Virus record (IMG/VR): IMGVR_UViG_3300034022_000539
From: a virus
Taxonomy: Duplodnaviria; Heunggongvirae; Uroviricota; Caudoviricetes
Length of the DNA stretch: 64,000 nt
Strand: one strand, 5' to 3'
In this document: positions 36,193 through 45,742 of the stretch, piece by piece
How the letters are laid out: each line of letters opens with the position of its first letter
How positions within the stretch are numbered: the stretch's first letter is position 1
Translations under genes and position numbers: made by a program
Notes under the pieces: generated by a model
The model's database searches: none
What the model was told of the DNA's origin: nothing
What the model saw: only the letters and a program-made list of their open reading frames with translations

Positions 36193-39100
36193 TAGAATAC
36201 GAACTGGAATGTCTTTAATAAGTCTTTTCCTTTTGTTGAATTTGCTTCAACATTGAACTCATTGTATAGTTTTGTATACATTAAGTCCCATTCGTCTTTA
36301 TCAGCTAAAGTGTTTAATTCATTTGCATTGTCTTTGATAAATTTCTTAACATCAGATCTTAAATCTTCGTTAACCTTTACCTCAAACATTTCTACTAAAG
36401 CATCTAACGTTAATTTAGATTCTTCTACGAATTCCTTAGCATTTTTTTTATCGTCTGGTCCAGCGTCTTCTACTTTATAAGTTTCGCCTTCAAATTCAAA
36501 TTCTTTTGCACCATCTGCAATAGCTTTTGCTCTTGCTGCACCGAATGCATTTCCTTCTTCAATAACTGGAAAGGTTTTACCATTAAATTCAAATTCTTCA
36601 GCATCTTCTTCGATTGCTTTAGCTCTTGCAGCCAAGAATGCATTTCCTTCTTCTACGAATTCTTTTGCATTTTCTTTATCGTCTGCTCCAACATCTTCAA
36701 CTTTATAAGTTTCACCTTCAAATTCAAATTCTTTAGCACCATCTGCAATTGCTTTAGCTCTTGCGGCACCGAATGCATTTCCTTCAGATACTACTAATTC
36801 AAGATCTTTATCTTTACCAGCAACAGCTGCGTCTAATTCTGCTTCTAATTCTCTTTTCTTAGCTGTCAATGCTTTCATTTCATCCAACAATTCAGATTTT
36901 CTATCGCCTTCAGCTACTTTCCACTCACCTGCTTTTTGTTGCATTTTAGTAGTAGTTTCACTCCATTCTTTTTGGATTTTATTGATTGATCTACCTTCAT
37001 TAACAACAGATTCATCAATAGCATTTGGATATTTAGTATCTTTAGCTAAATCTAAAAGAGCTTTAATATCTTCTGCCTTATTTCTATTGTATTTGTCAGC
37101 ATTCTTTTTATCTTTGAATATCGCAGATACTTGTTTACCATTATCATCAATCATAATGATAATACCTTTTTTACCATAAACTCTCTCGTCTGTAACAGAT
37201 ATACCTTCAATAACTACTGATTCTTTAGTCAATTCATTAGGTGCGTGCTTGTGCATTTCTCCGTTTGGTAATTCTACATTATAGTATTTTTCATCCTCTG
37301 CGCCATCTTCTTTATCTAAAGAAACAATTACACCAGTTCCACCATGTGACATTTTTACTTTGTCGCCAACTTTAAAATGTGATTCAGTAACTTTAGATTC
37401 ATATTTATCAGCTTGATTATTTTTAATATCATCTGCTGACATTTGATCAACTAATCTTTTAAATAAAGTTATTGTAGCTGGACCATAAAAACCATCTTCT
37501 TCATATCCTCTAGTAGGTCTGCCCATTTCATAGTCTCCAATGTGTGAAGCAAGTTCCATTGCATTATCTAATAGATTTTGACCATTACCACCACCTTTGA
37601 AAGTTTTTTCAGATGCGGTTTCAACATATTTTATTAGATCAGCCGCAGATTCATTAACTTTAGATTCTGACATATTTGCATCTAATACTTTTTGGAATGA
37701 TTTAGCATCAGTAACTTCTTCGCCAAATAATTCAATTGTTTCGTCATTTAGATTAATATAAATTTCAGAACCTTGATGTTTCATGTCTAAAATTATAGTC
37801 ATATAATCTTTACCAATTGCAGTACCACCGCTAATATACTTACCAGCTTTTTCAGCCCATGTAGCAGCTTTCTTAACCAATGAAGTTGCATAACTTCCTT
37901 TTCTTTTAGCAAAATCTAAAACATTAGAAGGTACTCTTGCTGCTTCAGTAACTTTAGATTCATCATACTCTTCATAATCATCATCGTACTCTTCTTCTTG
38001 GTACCATGATTGATTTGGATCATGTTCTGCTTCTTGTGTAAAATCGTGCTTTTTGAAGTTGAAACGTTTTGGATCTTCAACTAAAGCTGGGAAAAGAACT
38101 TTTCCACTAACTTTCTTTTTATCAAATGCAATATCAATACCATCTTGTCTATTAGGATTTTCAATTCCATTCATTTGAGCTAATAATTCGTAGTAATCTT
38201 TACCACCGAATTCACCGTAACCGTCATATTTCTTTTCTTCCCATTTATTACCTTTGTCATCAAACATTGTAATAGTAATGGTATTTTGTTTTTCAGAACC
38301 AATTTGATTTCCAGTATCTTGAGCCATCCATGAGAATTGACCTTCGTTAACTACTGACTCGTCCATGTTTTCTTTAGCAGTATCGTAAATTGTTTGTAAC
38401 CATGCTTCAAATTGACCTGGTTCACCAGCACTAGATAAGTCATGATGTTCTTTTTTAAACTCTTTTACAAATGATTTAAAATCTTTTGCTTCTTGAGCCA
38501 TAATATCAATATCTGACATTGCACTCTCGTGTAATTTTGGATTTTTTATGTTTTTTACAATAGTATCAAGCTTATCATCAAAATAACCATATACCGGTGA
38601 TCCTGGAACTGCATGATTAACTACTTCTCCGTTATGATAAATATTGTAAGATCCACCTGCATATTCTTCGCCATCTACATCTAAATCAAATGAATCTTCT
38701 TCTAGTGATTTTTTATTAACAGTAGCTTTAACACCATCTGCTTTAGAAAGAGCGCTAGCATATAATTCTGCAACCTTTTTTGTATCGTCTAATGTAAGAC
38801 CTGCTGGTTTTTTAGAAGATTCTAAAAGTTCAGGATAGTATTCTTCAATAGTTTCTTGATCCATTTCATAGAAATCACTTTTAAGATATGCAAGAATGTC
38901 TTTTTTCTTACCAGTTACTTCGAAAGTTCCTTCTTGACGAATGTCCTGACTACCGCGACCCAGACTCATTGGTTCAACTTTGATCTTATATTTCTTGAAA
39001 GCTGCTTTAGCTGCTTTGTCTTCTTCTTTGTCTAAATCATCCCATGCCATATCAACCTCAACAGTGATGACTTCACTTTCACCTACAAAAGATTCAAATT

Positions 39101-39770
39101 TAAAATCTTGATTCTTTTGTGATTCAGCACTTACTACAGCTAATAAACCAACTTTAGATTTAGGTACCTTTAATTCGATGATTGCTTTTTGTTTAGCATC
39201 CCAAAGATCTTTACCTTCTACTTCGATTTTCTTGTTATTAAAGAATGCAAAGAATAAAGTTTCGTTAACCTTATTTGCTTCTAAAGACTCTTTAATACTT
39301 AAGTCTTTTAAACTTCTAACAGGTACACCTTTTGTTTCACCATCTTCTGGATTTGAAAATGCTAATAAACCTGCAGCAATTAATCTCTTATAAAGCTCGG
39401 TTTTAACTAATTCAAAATCAATAGAGTCTGATGAATTTTCCCAAGTATCTGCTACATATTCTGGATCAATCCAACCAATACCTCTCTTGATACTGGTTTC
39501 CATATCCTTGTAATCCGTTTCGAATTGCTTGATCTTTCCTTCATTGATCTCTGCATTTGCAAGAGATAATGATTTCATGGCTGATAATTTATCAGTAAAA
39601 AATACTAAAGCCTCATTTAAAGACAAAGGTTCTTTGATATTTTTTGTAAGCGTTTCAGCTTTTATAGAGCTTTTAGTCTCTGACTTTAATAAAGCTATTT
39701 TAACCGCTTCAGCAGTATAGCTTGCTCCAGTCGTAACTTCTTTATTATTGAAATTAATAAATGATGACAT
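36192..39770 (-). CDS. large acidic protein (1192 aa) with three near-identical internal repeats EGNAFGAARAKAIADGAKEFEFEGETYKVED (nt ~36470-36895)
   Basis: Long ORF. Nucleotide-level near-identity between repeat copies suggests recent duplication. Confidence 0.75.
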   Translation of the reverse strand: MSSFINFNNKEVTTGASYTAEAVKIALLKSETKSSIKAETLTKNIKEPLSLNEALVFFTDKLSAMKSLSLANAEINEGKIKQFETDYKDMETSIKRGIGWIDPEYVADTWENSSDSIDFELVKTELYKRLIAAGLLAFSNPEDGETKGVPVRSLKDLSIKESLEANKVNETLFFAFFNNKKIEVEGKDLWDAKQKAIIELKVPKSKVGLLAVVSAESQKNQDFKFESFVGESEVITVEVDMAWDDLDKEEDKAAKAAFKKYKIKVEPMSLGRGSQDIRQEGTFEVTGKKKDILAYLKSDFYEMDQETIEEYYPELLESSKKPAGLTLDDTKKVAELYASALSKADGVKATVNKKSLEEDSFDLDVDGEEYAGGSYNIYHNGEVVNHAVPGSPVYGYFDDKLDTIVKNIKNPKLHESAMSDIDIMAQEAKDFKSFVKEFKKEHHDLSSAGEPGQFEAWLQTIYDTAKENMDESVVNEGQFSWMAQDTGNQIGSEKQNTITITMFDDKGNKWEEKKYDGYGEFGGKDYYELLAQMNGIENPNRQDGIDIAFDKKKVSGKVLFPALVEDPKRFNFKKHDFTQEAEHDPNQSWYQEEEYDDDYEEYDESKVTEAARVPSNVLDFAKRKGSYATSLVKKAATWAEKAGKYISGGTAIGKDYMTIILDMKHQGSEIYINLNDETIELFGEEVTDAKSFQKVLDANMSESKVNESAADLIKYVETASEKTFKGGGNGQNLLDNAMELASHIGDYEMGRPTRGYEEDGFYGPATITLFKRLVDQMSADDIKNNQADKYESKVTESHFKVGDKVKMSHGGTGVIVSLDKEDGAEDEKYYNVELPNGEMHKHAPNELTKESVVIEGISVTDERVYGKKGIIIMIDDNGKQVSAIFKDKKNADKYNRNKAEDIKALLDLAKDTKYPNAIDESVVNEGRSINKIQKEWSETTTKMQQKAGEWKVAEGDRKSELLDEMKALTAKKRELEAELDAAVAGKDKDLELVVSEGNAFGAARAKAIADGAKEFEFEGETYKVEDVGADDKENAKEFVEEGNAFLAARAKAIEEDAEEFEFNGKTFPVIEEGNAFGAARAKAIADGAKEFEFEGETYKVEDAGPDDKKNAKEFVEESKLTLDALVEMFEVKVNEDLRSDVKKFIKDNANELNTLADKDEWDLMYTKLYNEFNVEANSTKGKDLLKTFQFVF

Positions 39771-39802
39771 ATGTTTGTTTGTATATTTTACTTTATATAT
39801 TC

Positions 39803-40234
39803 TTATTTTTTACCAGCACCGGAACCTTTACCGCTTCCGCTTCCAGAACCTGAACCACTTCCACTTCCAGAACCTGAACCTTTACCACTTGAACGGCCAG
39901 AACCTGTACCATAAGCATATCCTGTTCCACCTACATTTGATCCACTTCCAGAGCCTGATCCTGATCCAGAGCCTGAACCACTGGTAGCATTTTTACCTGT
40001 TTTTGGTTTTTTAGGTGTAAGTTTTTTAGCTTTTGCTTCTTTAGCAATTGGTGCTACTTCTTTTGCTGGTTTAGCAGCTTTAATTTTAGTAGGTTTTTTT
40101 ACTGTAGGTTCTACAATAGGATCAAGTACTGAACCTCTTTTAGAATCTTCTTTCTCTTTTTTTGCAATTGCTTTAAAAATAGTTATAATAACTACTAAAG
40201 AGACTAATGCTACTGCGATGATTGTTGTACTCAT
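39803..40234 (-). CDS. membrane-anchored basic protein (143 aa) with (GS)n low-complexity tracts
   Basis: An N-terminal TM helix is followed by a Lys-rich segment and GSGSGSGS repeats. Confidence 0.5.
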   Translation of the reverse strand: MSTTIIAVALVSLVVIITIFKAIAKKEKEDSKRGSVLDPIVEPTVKKPTKIKAAKPAKEVAPIAKEAKAKKLTPKKPKTGKNATSGSGSGSGSGSGSGSNVGGTGYAYGTGSGRSSGKGSGSGSGSGSGSGSGSGKGSGAGKK

Positions 40235-40305
40235 AATTTTGTTTTTTATTATTTTAGATTATATATTTATATTATTTATCTTCATTTTGTTTCATAAAAG
40301 AAAAA

Positions 40306-40324
40306 AGCAGCTAAAAAAGCTGCT
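40306..40324. terminator. bidirectional terminator AGCAGC-taaaaa-GCTGCT flanked by A6/T-runs
   Basis: A perfect 6-bp stem flanked by A/T runs. Confidence 0.55.
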
Positions 40325-40335
40325 CTTTGTTCTGT

Positions 40336-40539
40336 TTAAGCTGGACCACCGACTCCGAAATAGACCCAATTAGCGTAATCATCTGCTATGTCATAAAGAT
40401 CGTCCAATGTGATTTGGAACATGTAATCGTTTTTAACACTTGTAACTTCTACGGTCTTTGAATCATGCTCAGAAGCAGGAACAACTTCTGGGATAAATTC
40501 TGCCATTGTAAAACTAGATATTTTTAAAGGGTAAGGCAT
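40336..40539 (-). CDS. small hypothetical protein (67 aa)
   Basis: ORF between a terminator and kdsA. Confidence 0.4.
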   Translation of the reverse strand: MPYPLKISSFTMAEFIPEVVPASEHDSKTVEVTSVKNDYMFQITLDDLYDIADDYANWVYFGVGGPA

Positions 40540-40609
40540 ATTGCGCTCTGATTATATATCTGGGCAATTCATTTAGTTTTTTAAAAAAACACCTTTTTTA
40601 AAAAATAGT

Positions 40610-41356
40610 TTAAATGTTTTTTAGATTTTCTACCATCCAATCCAATTCTACTTGACTAGCTGCATCTGAGATGGCATTATCAGGATCTGGATGTGTTTCA
40701 ATAAATACTCCATCATACTCAAAAATACGTGCAGCTAAAGAATATTGCTTTGCAAGTTTTCTACTTCCACCTGTAATACCATCACCTGACATTTGAGTTG
40801 AGTGCGTACAATCAAAGATAACTTTATCTGCAAATTGTTTCATTACATCAACTCCTCTGAAATCTACAATTAACCTATCAAAACCAAATTGAGTACCACG
40901 TTCAGTAATCCATACTTGACATGTTGGATTTACTTCTTTAATCTTGGTAACAGCATGTTTCATTGCATCAGCAGATAACCACTGACCCTTCTTAACGTTG
41001 ATAATATTAAAGTGTTTTGCACATTCTATAAGAAGATCTGTTTGTCTACATAAGAATGCTGGAATTTGAATCACATCTACTACATCTGATAATGGTAATG
41101 CTTGATCTGCTGTGTGAATATCTGTAACGATTTTAAGACCTGGAAATTTAGCTTTGACATTTCGCATAATCTCGATACCTTCGTCTAAACCCGGACCTCG
41201 ATTAGAATGAATTGAAGTTCGATTGGCTTTATCAAAGCTACCTTTAAGATACCAATCTTTTCCTTGCATTATAGGATATAGTGCATTTGCTACTTCTGTG
41301 AAGTTGTCCTCGCTTTCAATGCTACAAGGACCTAAAATATATGTGTAATTTTCCAT
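40610..41356 (-). CDS. kdsA: 3-deoxy-D-manno-octulosonate 8-phosphate (KDO8P) synthase, 248 aa
   Basis: The whole length aligns by eye with bacterial KdsA: GPCSIES, KGSFDKANRTSIHSNRGPGLDEG, VVDVIQIPAFLCRQTDL, INVKKGQ, FDCTHSTQ, FIETHPDP. These are the DAHP/KDO8P-synthase family active-site blocks. Confidence 0.9.
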   Translation of the reverse strand: MENYTYILGPCSIESEDNFTEVANALYPIMQGKDWYLKGSFDKANRTSIHSNRGPGLDEGIEIMRNVKAKFPGLKIVTDIHTADQALPLSDVVDVIQIPAFLCRQTDLLIECAKHFNIINVKKGQWLSADAMKHAVTKIKEVNPTCQVWITERGTQFGFDRLIVDFRGVDVMKQFADKVIFDCTHSTQMSGDGITGGSRKLAKQYSLAARIFEYDGVFIETHPDPDNAISDAASQVELDWMVENLKNI

Positions 41357-41387
41357 TTATAATTTATATGAAAATGGTAGAAATAGT

Positions 41388-41555
41388 TTATTTTTTGCGT
41401 AACATCATTTCAATGATTGGTCCATGAGATTGGTAAACCGCTAAATGTTGACCATTTAGCCTTTCACCTTTCTTAAGAGATTCTACCATTGATTTGAAAA
41501 AATGCATTGGAACCTCACCTTTGTCTACATAATGTTGCCACTCTTGAGGATTCAT
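41388..41555 (-). CDS. small protein (55 aa; MNPQEWQHYVDKGEVPMHFF...) not in ORF track
   Basis: The open frame starts 3 nt after the upstream stop and fills the otherwise empty 200-bp gap before kdsA. Confidence 0.35.
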   Translation of the reverse strand: MNPQEWQHYVDKGEVPMHFFKSMVESLKKGERLNGQHLAVYQSHGPIIEMMLRKK

Positions 41556-41558
41556 CAA

Positions 41559-43100
41559 TTACTTAATTACTTTTATTCCCATATTAGCATTAAATGGGTT
41601 AGGCATACTTCCTTTTTGTTCAAATTGAAAGTTAGCTGATTTAAATGGTATTGTTTTAAATATAAGAGTTCCTTTGTTTACAGAAACATCTAAATATAAT
41701 TGTTTTACATCTGTTACCATTCTTCCAAATTTAGATAATTCATTAGAATACGTATTAGTTAATAATGTAGCTATTTCAACCATTAAAGCATAAAATACTA
41801 TTCCAATTTTGTTTTTACCCATTGTAGGATATGACTTTATCATCTCATTTAATTTAGCTTTATTCCATTGCATTTTACTCAAATCCCATAATTTAGATAT
41901 GAAATTGCTAAATTCATCTACATTAGAATCGTATAATATATCTAGAAAACTAACAACAGCATCTTGAGTTAGCATCGAGGGATCTAATTTAGATTCTGAA
42001 CAAAGAAGCCAATATCCTGAATTTGAATGATCTTTTATATTAACATTACACAAATTCATTATATTGTCATAAGTACCACTTCTAGCTAATTTAGGAGGAT
42101 TAACCCACTGCTCTACAACATTAGTAAGGAAATCTGATTCTAGTGCAGTTTCTGCTTGTATTAAAGAATCTTGTTTGGCTTGGTATATTTTTTGAATTAT
42201 AGTATCTCCACTCGGTGTTCCTCCTTTTCCGCCTTTTGAAGAAATAGAATATCCGCTAAAATAAAAATCTACTAATTTTTCATTAGATGATTTTGGATAA
42301 GATAATCCCACACCATATGATTGAAGTATATTAAAAAACATAAAGCCTCCTAATATTTCTCCGTAATCATTTTGGAAATGTTGGATTGAAATAGGATCAA
42401 TACCCTCAAATATATTATTGTCAACACTATAAGATATGTCATGTACTCCAGCTGCTAAATAAGCATCAAAATCTTTAAATTTATTTTTATTTGATGAATT
42501 ATTCATAATAGATTCAGTTACTGTAATAAAACATTTTTTATAGTTTTCTGGTAAACTGCTATTAGATATAGCCGGAGAGACAACTGCAAATAAACTTTCA
42601 GCTGATTGATATATGTTTTTTGTTATACCTAGATTATCAGGTGTAAGATCTTTTCTACCAACAACACCCTGCTCTCCTTTTTTATTAACTTTAAATCTAT
42701 TGGTAATTGTTATAAAGTCTCCTTTTTTATAATCTTTACCTAAAGCATCTGATACTTTAGTATTGAAAATTATTGTATATCCTGCGAAATCACTAGAAAC
42801 AATTCCTTGTTGTTTAAATTCTATACTATAAGACGATGGATCAATACCACCTACTTCTTTAAGAAATTCTATAATTTTAGTTTCTGCCGTTCCGTCATTT
42901 GCGCCGAAATTTGCTCTTAACACTTCACCTGTTCCACTTATTCTACTGGAAACACCAGCAAAATCTTTAGAATTCATAAACTTTTTAAAACCTTCTAGCC
43001 AAAACTCTTCAATTGCTTTTTTAGTTGGTTGTTTTGATTCATGAATAGCTTTATCCATTGCTATTTGAAAATTATTTCTAATGTCTTTAAATGTACTCAT
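41559..43100 (-). CDS. hypothetical protein (513 aa)
   Basis: Long ORF. No motif was recognised. Confidence 0.65.
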   Translation of the reverse strand: MSTFKDIRNNFQIAMDKAIHESKQPTKKAIEEFWLEGFKKFMNSKDFAGVSSRISGTGEVLRANFGANDGTAETKIIEFLKEVGGIDPSSYSIEFKQQGIVSSDFAGYTIIFNTKVSDALGKDYKKGDFITITNRFKVNKKGEQGVVGRKDLTPDNLGITKNIYQSAESLFAVVSPAISNSSLPENYKKCFITVTESIMNNSSNKNKFKDFDAYLAAGVHDISYSVDNNIFEGIDPISIQHFQNDYGEILGGFMFFNILQSYGVGLSYPKSSNEKLVDFYFSGYSISSKGGKGGTPSGDTIIQKIYQAKQDSLIQAETALESDFLTNVVEQWVNPPKLARSGTYDNIMNLCNVNIKDHSNSGYWLLCSESKLDPSMLTQDAVVSFLDILYDSNVDEFSNFISKLWDLSKMQWNKAKLNEMIKSYPTMGKNKIGIVFYALMVEIATLLTNTYSNELSKFGRMVTDVKQLYLDVSVNKGTLIFKTIPFKSANFQFEQKGSMPNPFNANMGIKVIK

Positions 43101-43102
43101 AT

Positions 43103-43702
43103 TTATTTGTATGCTCTAATTGTTGATATTTGTATTCCTTCATGTTCTTGTTCTAATGATTTTACTAATACTAAATTAGCCTCATCATCATCGTAAAATT
43201 GTAGGTCACTGTAACCCATATCGATCAATTCTCTAAACGCTTGTTTTTTACGATCCGATATACTACCTTTGAATTTATGTACTGAATCATTCACTGCAAA
43301 AATAAGATCTTTGTCGATTCTAAATCCAACATGTTCTCTTAACCATCTATAAATCATTTCTCTATCATCTCTTGCTGTAACAATTCCAACTGCGATGCGT
43401 GATTTATAAGCTTCTTTAAATATGTCTAAGTAATGTTCAATCATTTGACCAGCTTTCATAATCTCTAATGATTTAAATTCATCAAAGTTTAATTCATGAT
43501 CTGCATGTTTTTCATAACTATTAAATTCTTCTGGAGTCAGTGAATAACATTCTCCTGTTTTCTTATTGCAAACCTTTATTTTTGCTGATGAAATTACTAA
43601 AGTATCGTCAAGATCAAACACAAGAATCTTGGAACCATGATATGGTTTTCCAGCTCTGTTTACCTCATTTAGGTATTCTGTGTAATTTTTAACGTGTTTC
43701 AT
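43103..43702 (-). CDS. leader-family HAD-superfamily phosphatase (199 aa; MKHVKNYTEYLNEV...LVFDLDDTLV)
   Basis: A divergent leader is followed by HAD motif I DxDxT (FDLDDTL) and a later T-A-R-D motif. Confidence 0.7.
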   Translation of the reverse strand: MKHVKNYTEYLNEVNRAGKPYHGSKILVFDLDDTLVISSAKIKVCNKKTGECYSLTPEEFNSYEKHADHELNFDEFKSLEIMKAGQMIEHYLDIFKEAYKSRIAVGIVTARDDREMIYRWLREHVGFRIDKDLIFAVNDSVHKFKGSISDRKKQAFRELIDMGYSDLQFYDDDEANLVLVKSLEQEHEGIQISTIRAYK

Positions 43703-43732
43703 CTTAGCTTATACTTAAAAATCTAATAATGT

Positions 43733-43996
43733 TTATTTATTAGATTCTATTTTTATTTTCAATGCAGTAAGTTTTATATCAATTTTTGATATTTCTGCTT
43801 GCATGGAAAGTTTCTGTGCAGTTAATGCTAACATTTCAGATTTTAATGGATCCTCTTCGTTTCTCATTGCTTTTGCAGTTTCAGCAGCTTTAGTTTTAAT
43901 CTCGTTTCTTTTAGAATCTAATTCTCTAACTTTAAGATTTAGGTCAGCTACTTTTTGAGCATCCTCAAATAATTGGAAAGTTTTCAGGTGTTTCAT
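43733..43996 (-). CDS. leader-related coiled-coil protein (87 aa; MKHLKTFQLFEDAQ...)
   Basis: Divergent leader. Confidence 0.55.
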   Translation of the reverse strand: MKHLKTFQLFEDAQKVADLNLKVRELDSKRNEIKTKAAETAKAMRNEEDPLKSEMLALTAQKLSMQAEISKIDIKLTALKIKIESNK

Positions 43997-44288
43997 CTTT
44001 TGGTATTTCTTTTTCTATTTCTAGAGTCCATAGTCTATTATTAGGTACTACGAATTTTCTTTCATGTCCAAAAACATAAAAAGTTGTTTTGTATATATTT
44101 TGTCTAACTATTCTAGCTTTCTTTGCGCCTTTAATATAAACTATATCATCTACATTAAAATCATTGCCCCATAAAAACTGCATACCAATAACAAGATTAG
44201 CAATCATGTCTTTGAATGTAAATGAAATTATAGCTACTGCTGTCACCCAACCCCATTCTGATATGTATTGTCCTATTAACTCTTTCAT
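43965..44288 (-). CDS. small membrane protein (107 aa)
   Basis: ORF with an N-terminal hydrophobic helix. Its end overlaps the start of the next gene. Confidence 0.5.
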   Translation of the reverse strand: MKELIGQYISEWGWVTAVAIISFTFKDMIANLVIGMQFLWGNDFNVDDIVYIKGAKKARIVRQNIYKTTFYVFGHERKFVVPNNRLWTLEIEKEIPKDETPENFPII

Positions 44289-44773
44289 ATTAGTCCCATT
44301 GCACTTAAATTTTGTAGAACCACTTGTTGACTTAACATTATAACTTGTGAAGCTTCTATTTTGTCCATAAATTTGGCATTATCAATTTCTTCACGCTGTA
44401 ATTGCCCTTTAGGTACCACTAGATCTTTAAGTCCTATTTTAGACAGGTCATCTATTTCAACTATAAAATAATAAATAACTTTATTATACTTATACTTTCT
44501 AGAAGTTAAAACAAATGTACGTTCAATTTTACTTATTAAAGATTTAGGAACTTTAATACCGAACTCTTCATAAGTTTCTCTGATAGCAGCATCTAAATGT
44601 GATTCACCTTCTTCGATGCCACCTTTAGATATACCATAACCAGTTCCTTCTTTTCTACCTCTAGATTGACCTAACAAAATTTTACCATCAAACACAATCG
44701 CAAGACCAGCTGAATATCTAGTGTCTAGATATTTCTCGTTGATAAATTGATCATATTTTTTTAGGTGTTTCAT
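44285..44773 (-). CDS. leader-family NUDIX hydrolase (162 aa; MKHLKKYDQFINEKY...)
   Basis: Has an intact Nudix box GGIEEGESHLDAAIRETYEEFGI (Gx5Ex7REUxEExGU). Confidence 0.8.
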   Translation of the reverse strand: MKHLKKYDQFINEKYLDTRYSAGLAIVFDGKILLGQSRGRKEGTGYGISKGGIEEGESHLDAAIRETYEEFGIKVPKSLISKIERTFVLTSRKYKYNKVIYYFIVEIDDLSKIGLKDLVVPKGQLQREEIDNAKFMDKIEASQVIMLSQQVVLQNLSAMGLI

Positions 44774-45063
44774 TATGCCGCAGTTTCGTCATCTAATCTT
44801 TTAATCTCTTCTTGTATTTCAAATAATCTCCATTCGAAATCAAATAATTCTTGACGACTTAATTTATTTTGTTTAAATGACTTTTTAGCTCTGCTGTATT
44901 CTTCAGTCAATCGCTTAAGTACTTTCTTTAGTTCACTCTTTGTTTGATTAGCGCCAATCGAATGTTGAGTATTACTCTTGTCTATTTTTACCTCATTCGT
45001 TTTTTCAACAACGATCATCTCGAAGTCTGAAAATAGCATTAGAAATTTTTCTGTAGTGCTCAT
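44773..45063 (-). CDS. hypothetical coiled-coil protein (96 aa)
   Basis: ORF with a 1-nt overlap. Confidence 0.5.
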   Translation of the reverse strand: MSTTEKFLMLFSDFEMIVVEKTNEVKIDKSNTQHSIGANQTKSELKKVLKRLTEEYSRAKKSFKQNKLSRQELFDFEWRLFEIQEEIKRLDDETAA

Positions 45064-45136
45064 GATGTTTTTTATGTTTTTAATTTAAACACTTATAACT
45101 TATATATCGAGTTTATATTTTTCTTTAACTCTATCA

Positions 45137-45742
45137 CTAATTGATTTTATATTCAATCCAGTCATGTCCAGTTGAGTTAATGTTTGGAAAATAAAATTCA
45201 AATTTATTATTATTAACTCTAATTATTTTTGTAAATCCTATTGGTACTAATGCTCCAGTACTTAACCAATTTTGAGGTTTATCTAGAAAATGTACTCTAA
45301 TTTCTATAGTTACATTTGAAAATACTTTTGATAAATCCTTTTCAAAATGTTCTAGTTCTTTCCATGGTCCTCTATTTAATGATTCATGTTGTAATGCACA
45401 ATTTAAATAAGAGAATGTATTTCGTAAATTAGTTATATTACATGTAAATGCACCAGCAGGTGCCATATGACCTTTGTCCCATATATTATCAACATAGTCA
45501 TCATCGTCACTTGTTACAACACCTGTCCATTTCTTAAATGACATACCATCTCTTTCTTCATCACCAGTTGGGCATTGAACTTTATATTTAATAACCAAAG
45601 GTTGTTGAAATCTTTGAGAATATTCAATTTCAAATATACTCGTTTTGATTTTAACATTTGCAAGACCTGTTTGTGCATTTGCACTTGTAATTAACAATAA
45701 TGTTAGGAACGTTATTGCAATTATGTTTTTTATTTGTTTCAT
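45137..45742 (-). CDS. secreted DNA/RNA non-specific endonuclease (Serratia nuclease/EndoG family), 201 aa with Sec signal peptide
   Basis: Has an N-terminal signal MKQIKNIIAITFLTLLLITSANAQ and the active-site motif DKGHMAPAG (D-R/K-G-H-x-A-P). Confidence 0.7.
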   Translation of the reverse strand: MKQIKNIIAITFLTLLLITSANAQTGLANVKIKTSIFEIEYSQRFQQPLVIKYKVQCPTGDEERDGMSFKKWTGVVTSDDDDYVDNIWDKGHMAPAGAFTCNITNLRNTFSYLNCALQHESLNRGPWKELEHFEKDLSKVFSNVTIEIRVHFLDKPQNWLSTGALVPIGFTKIIRVNNNKFEFYFPNINSTGHDWIEYKIN

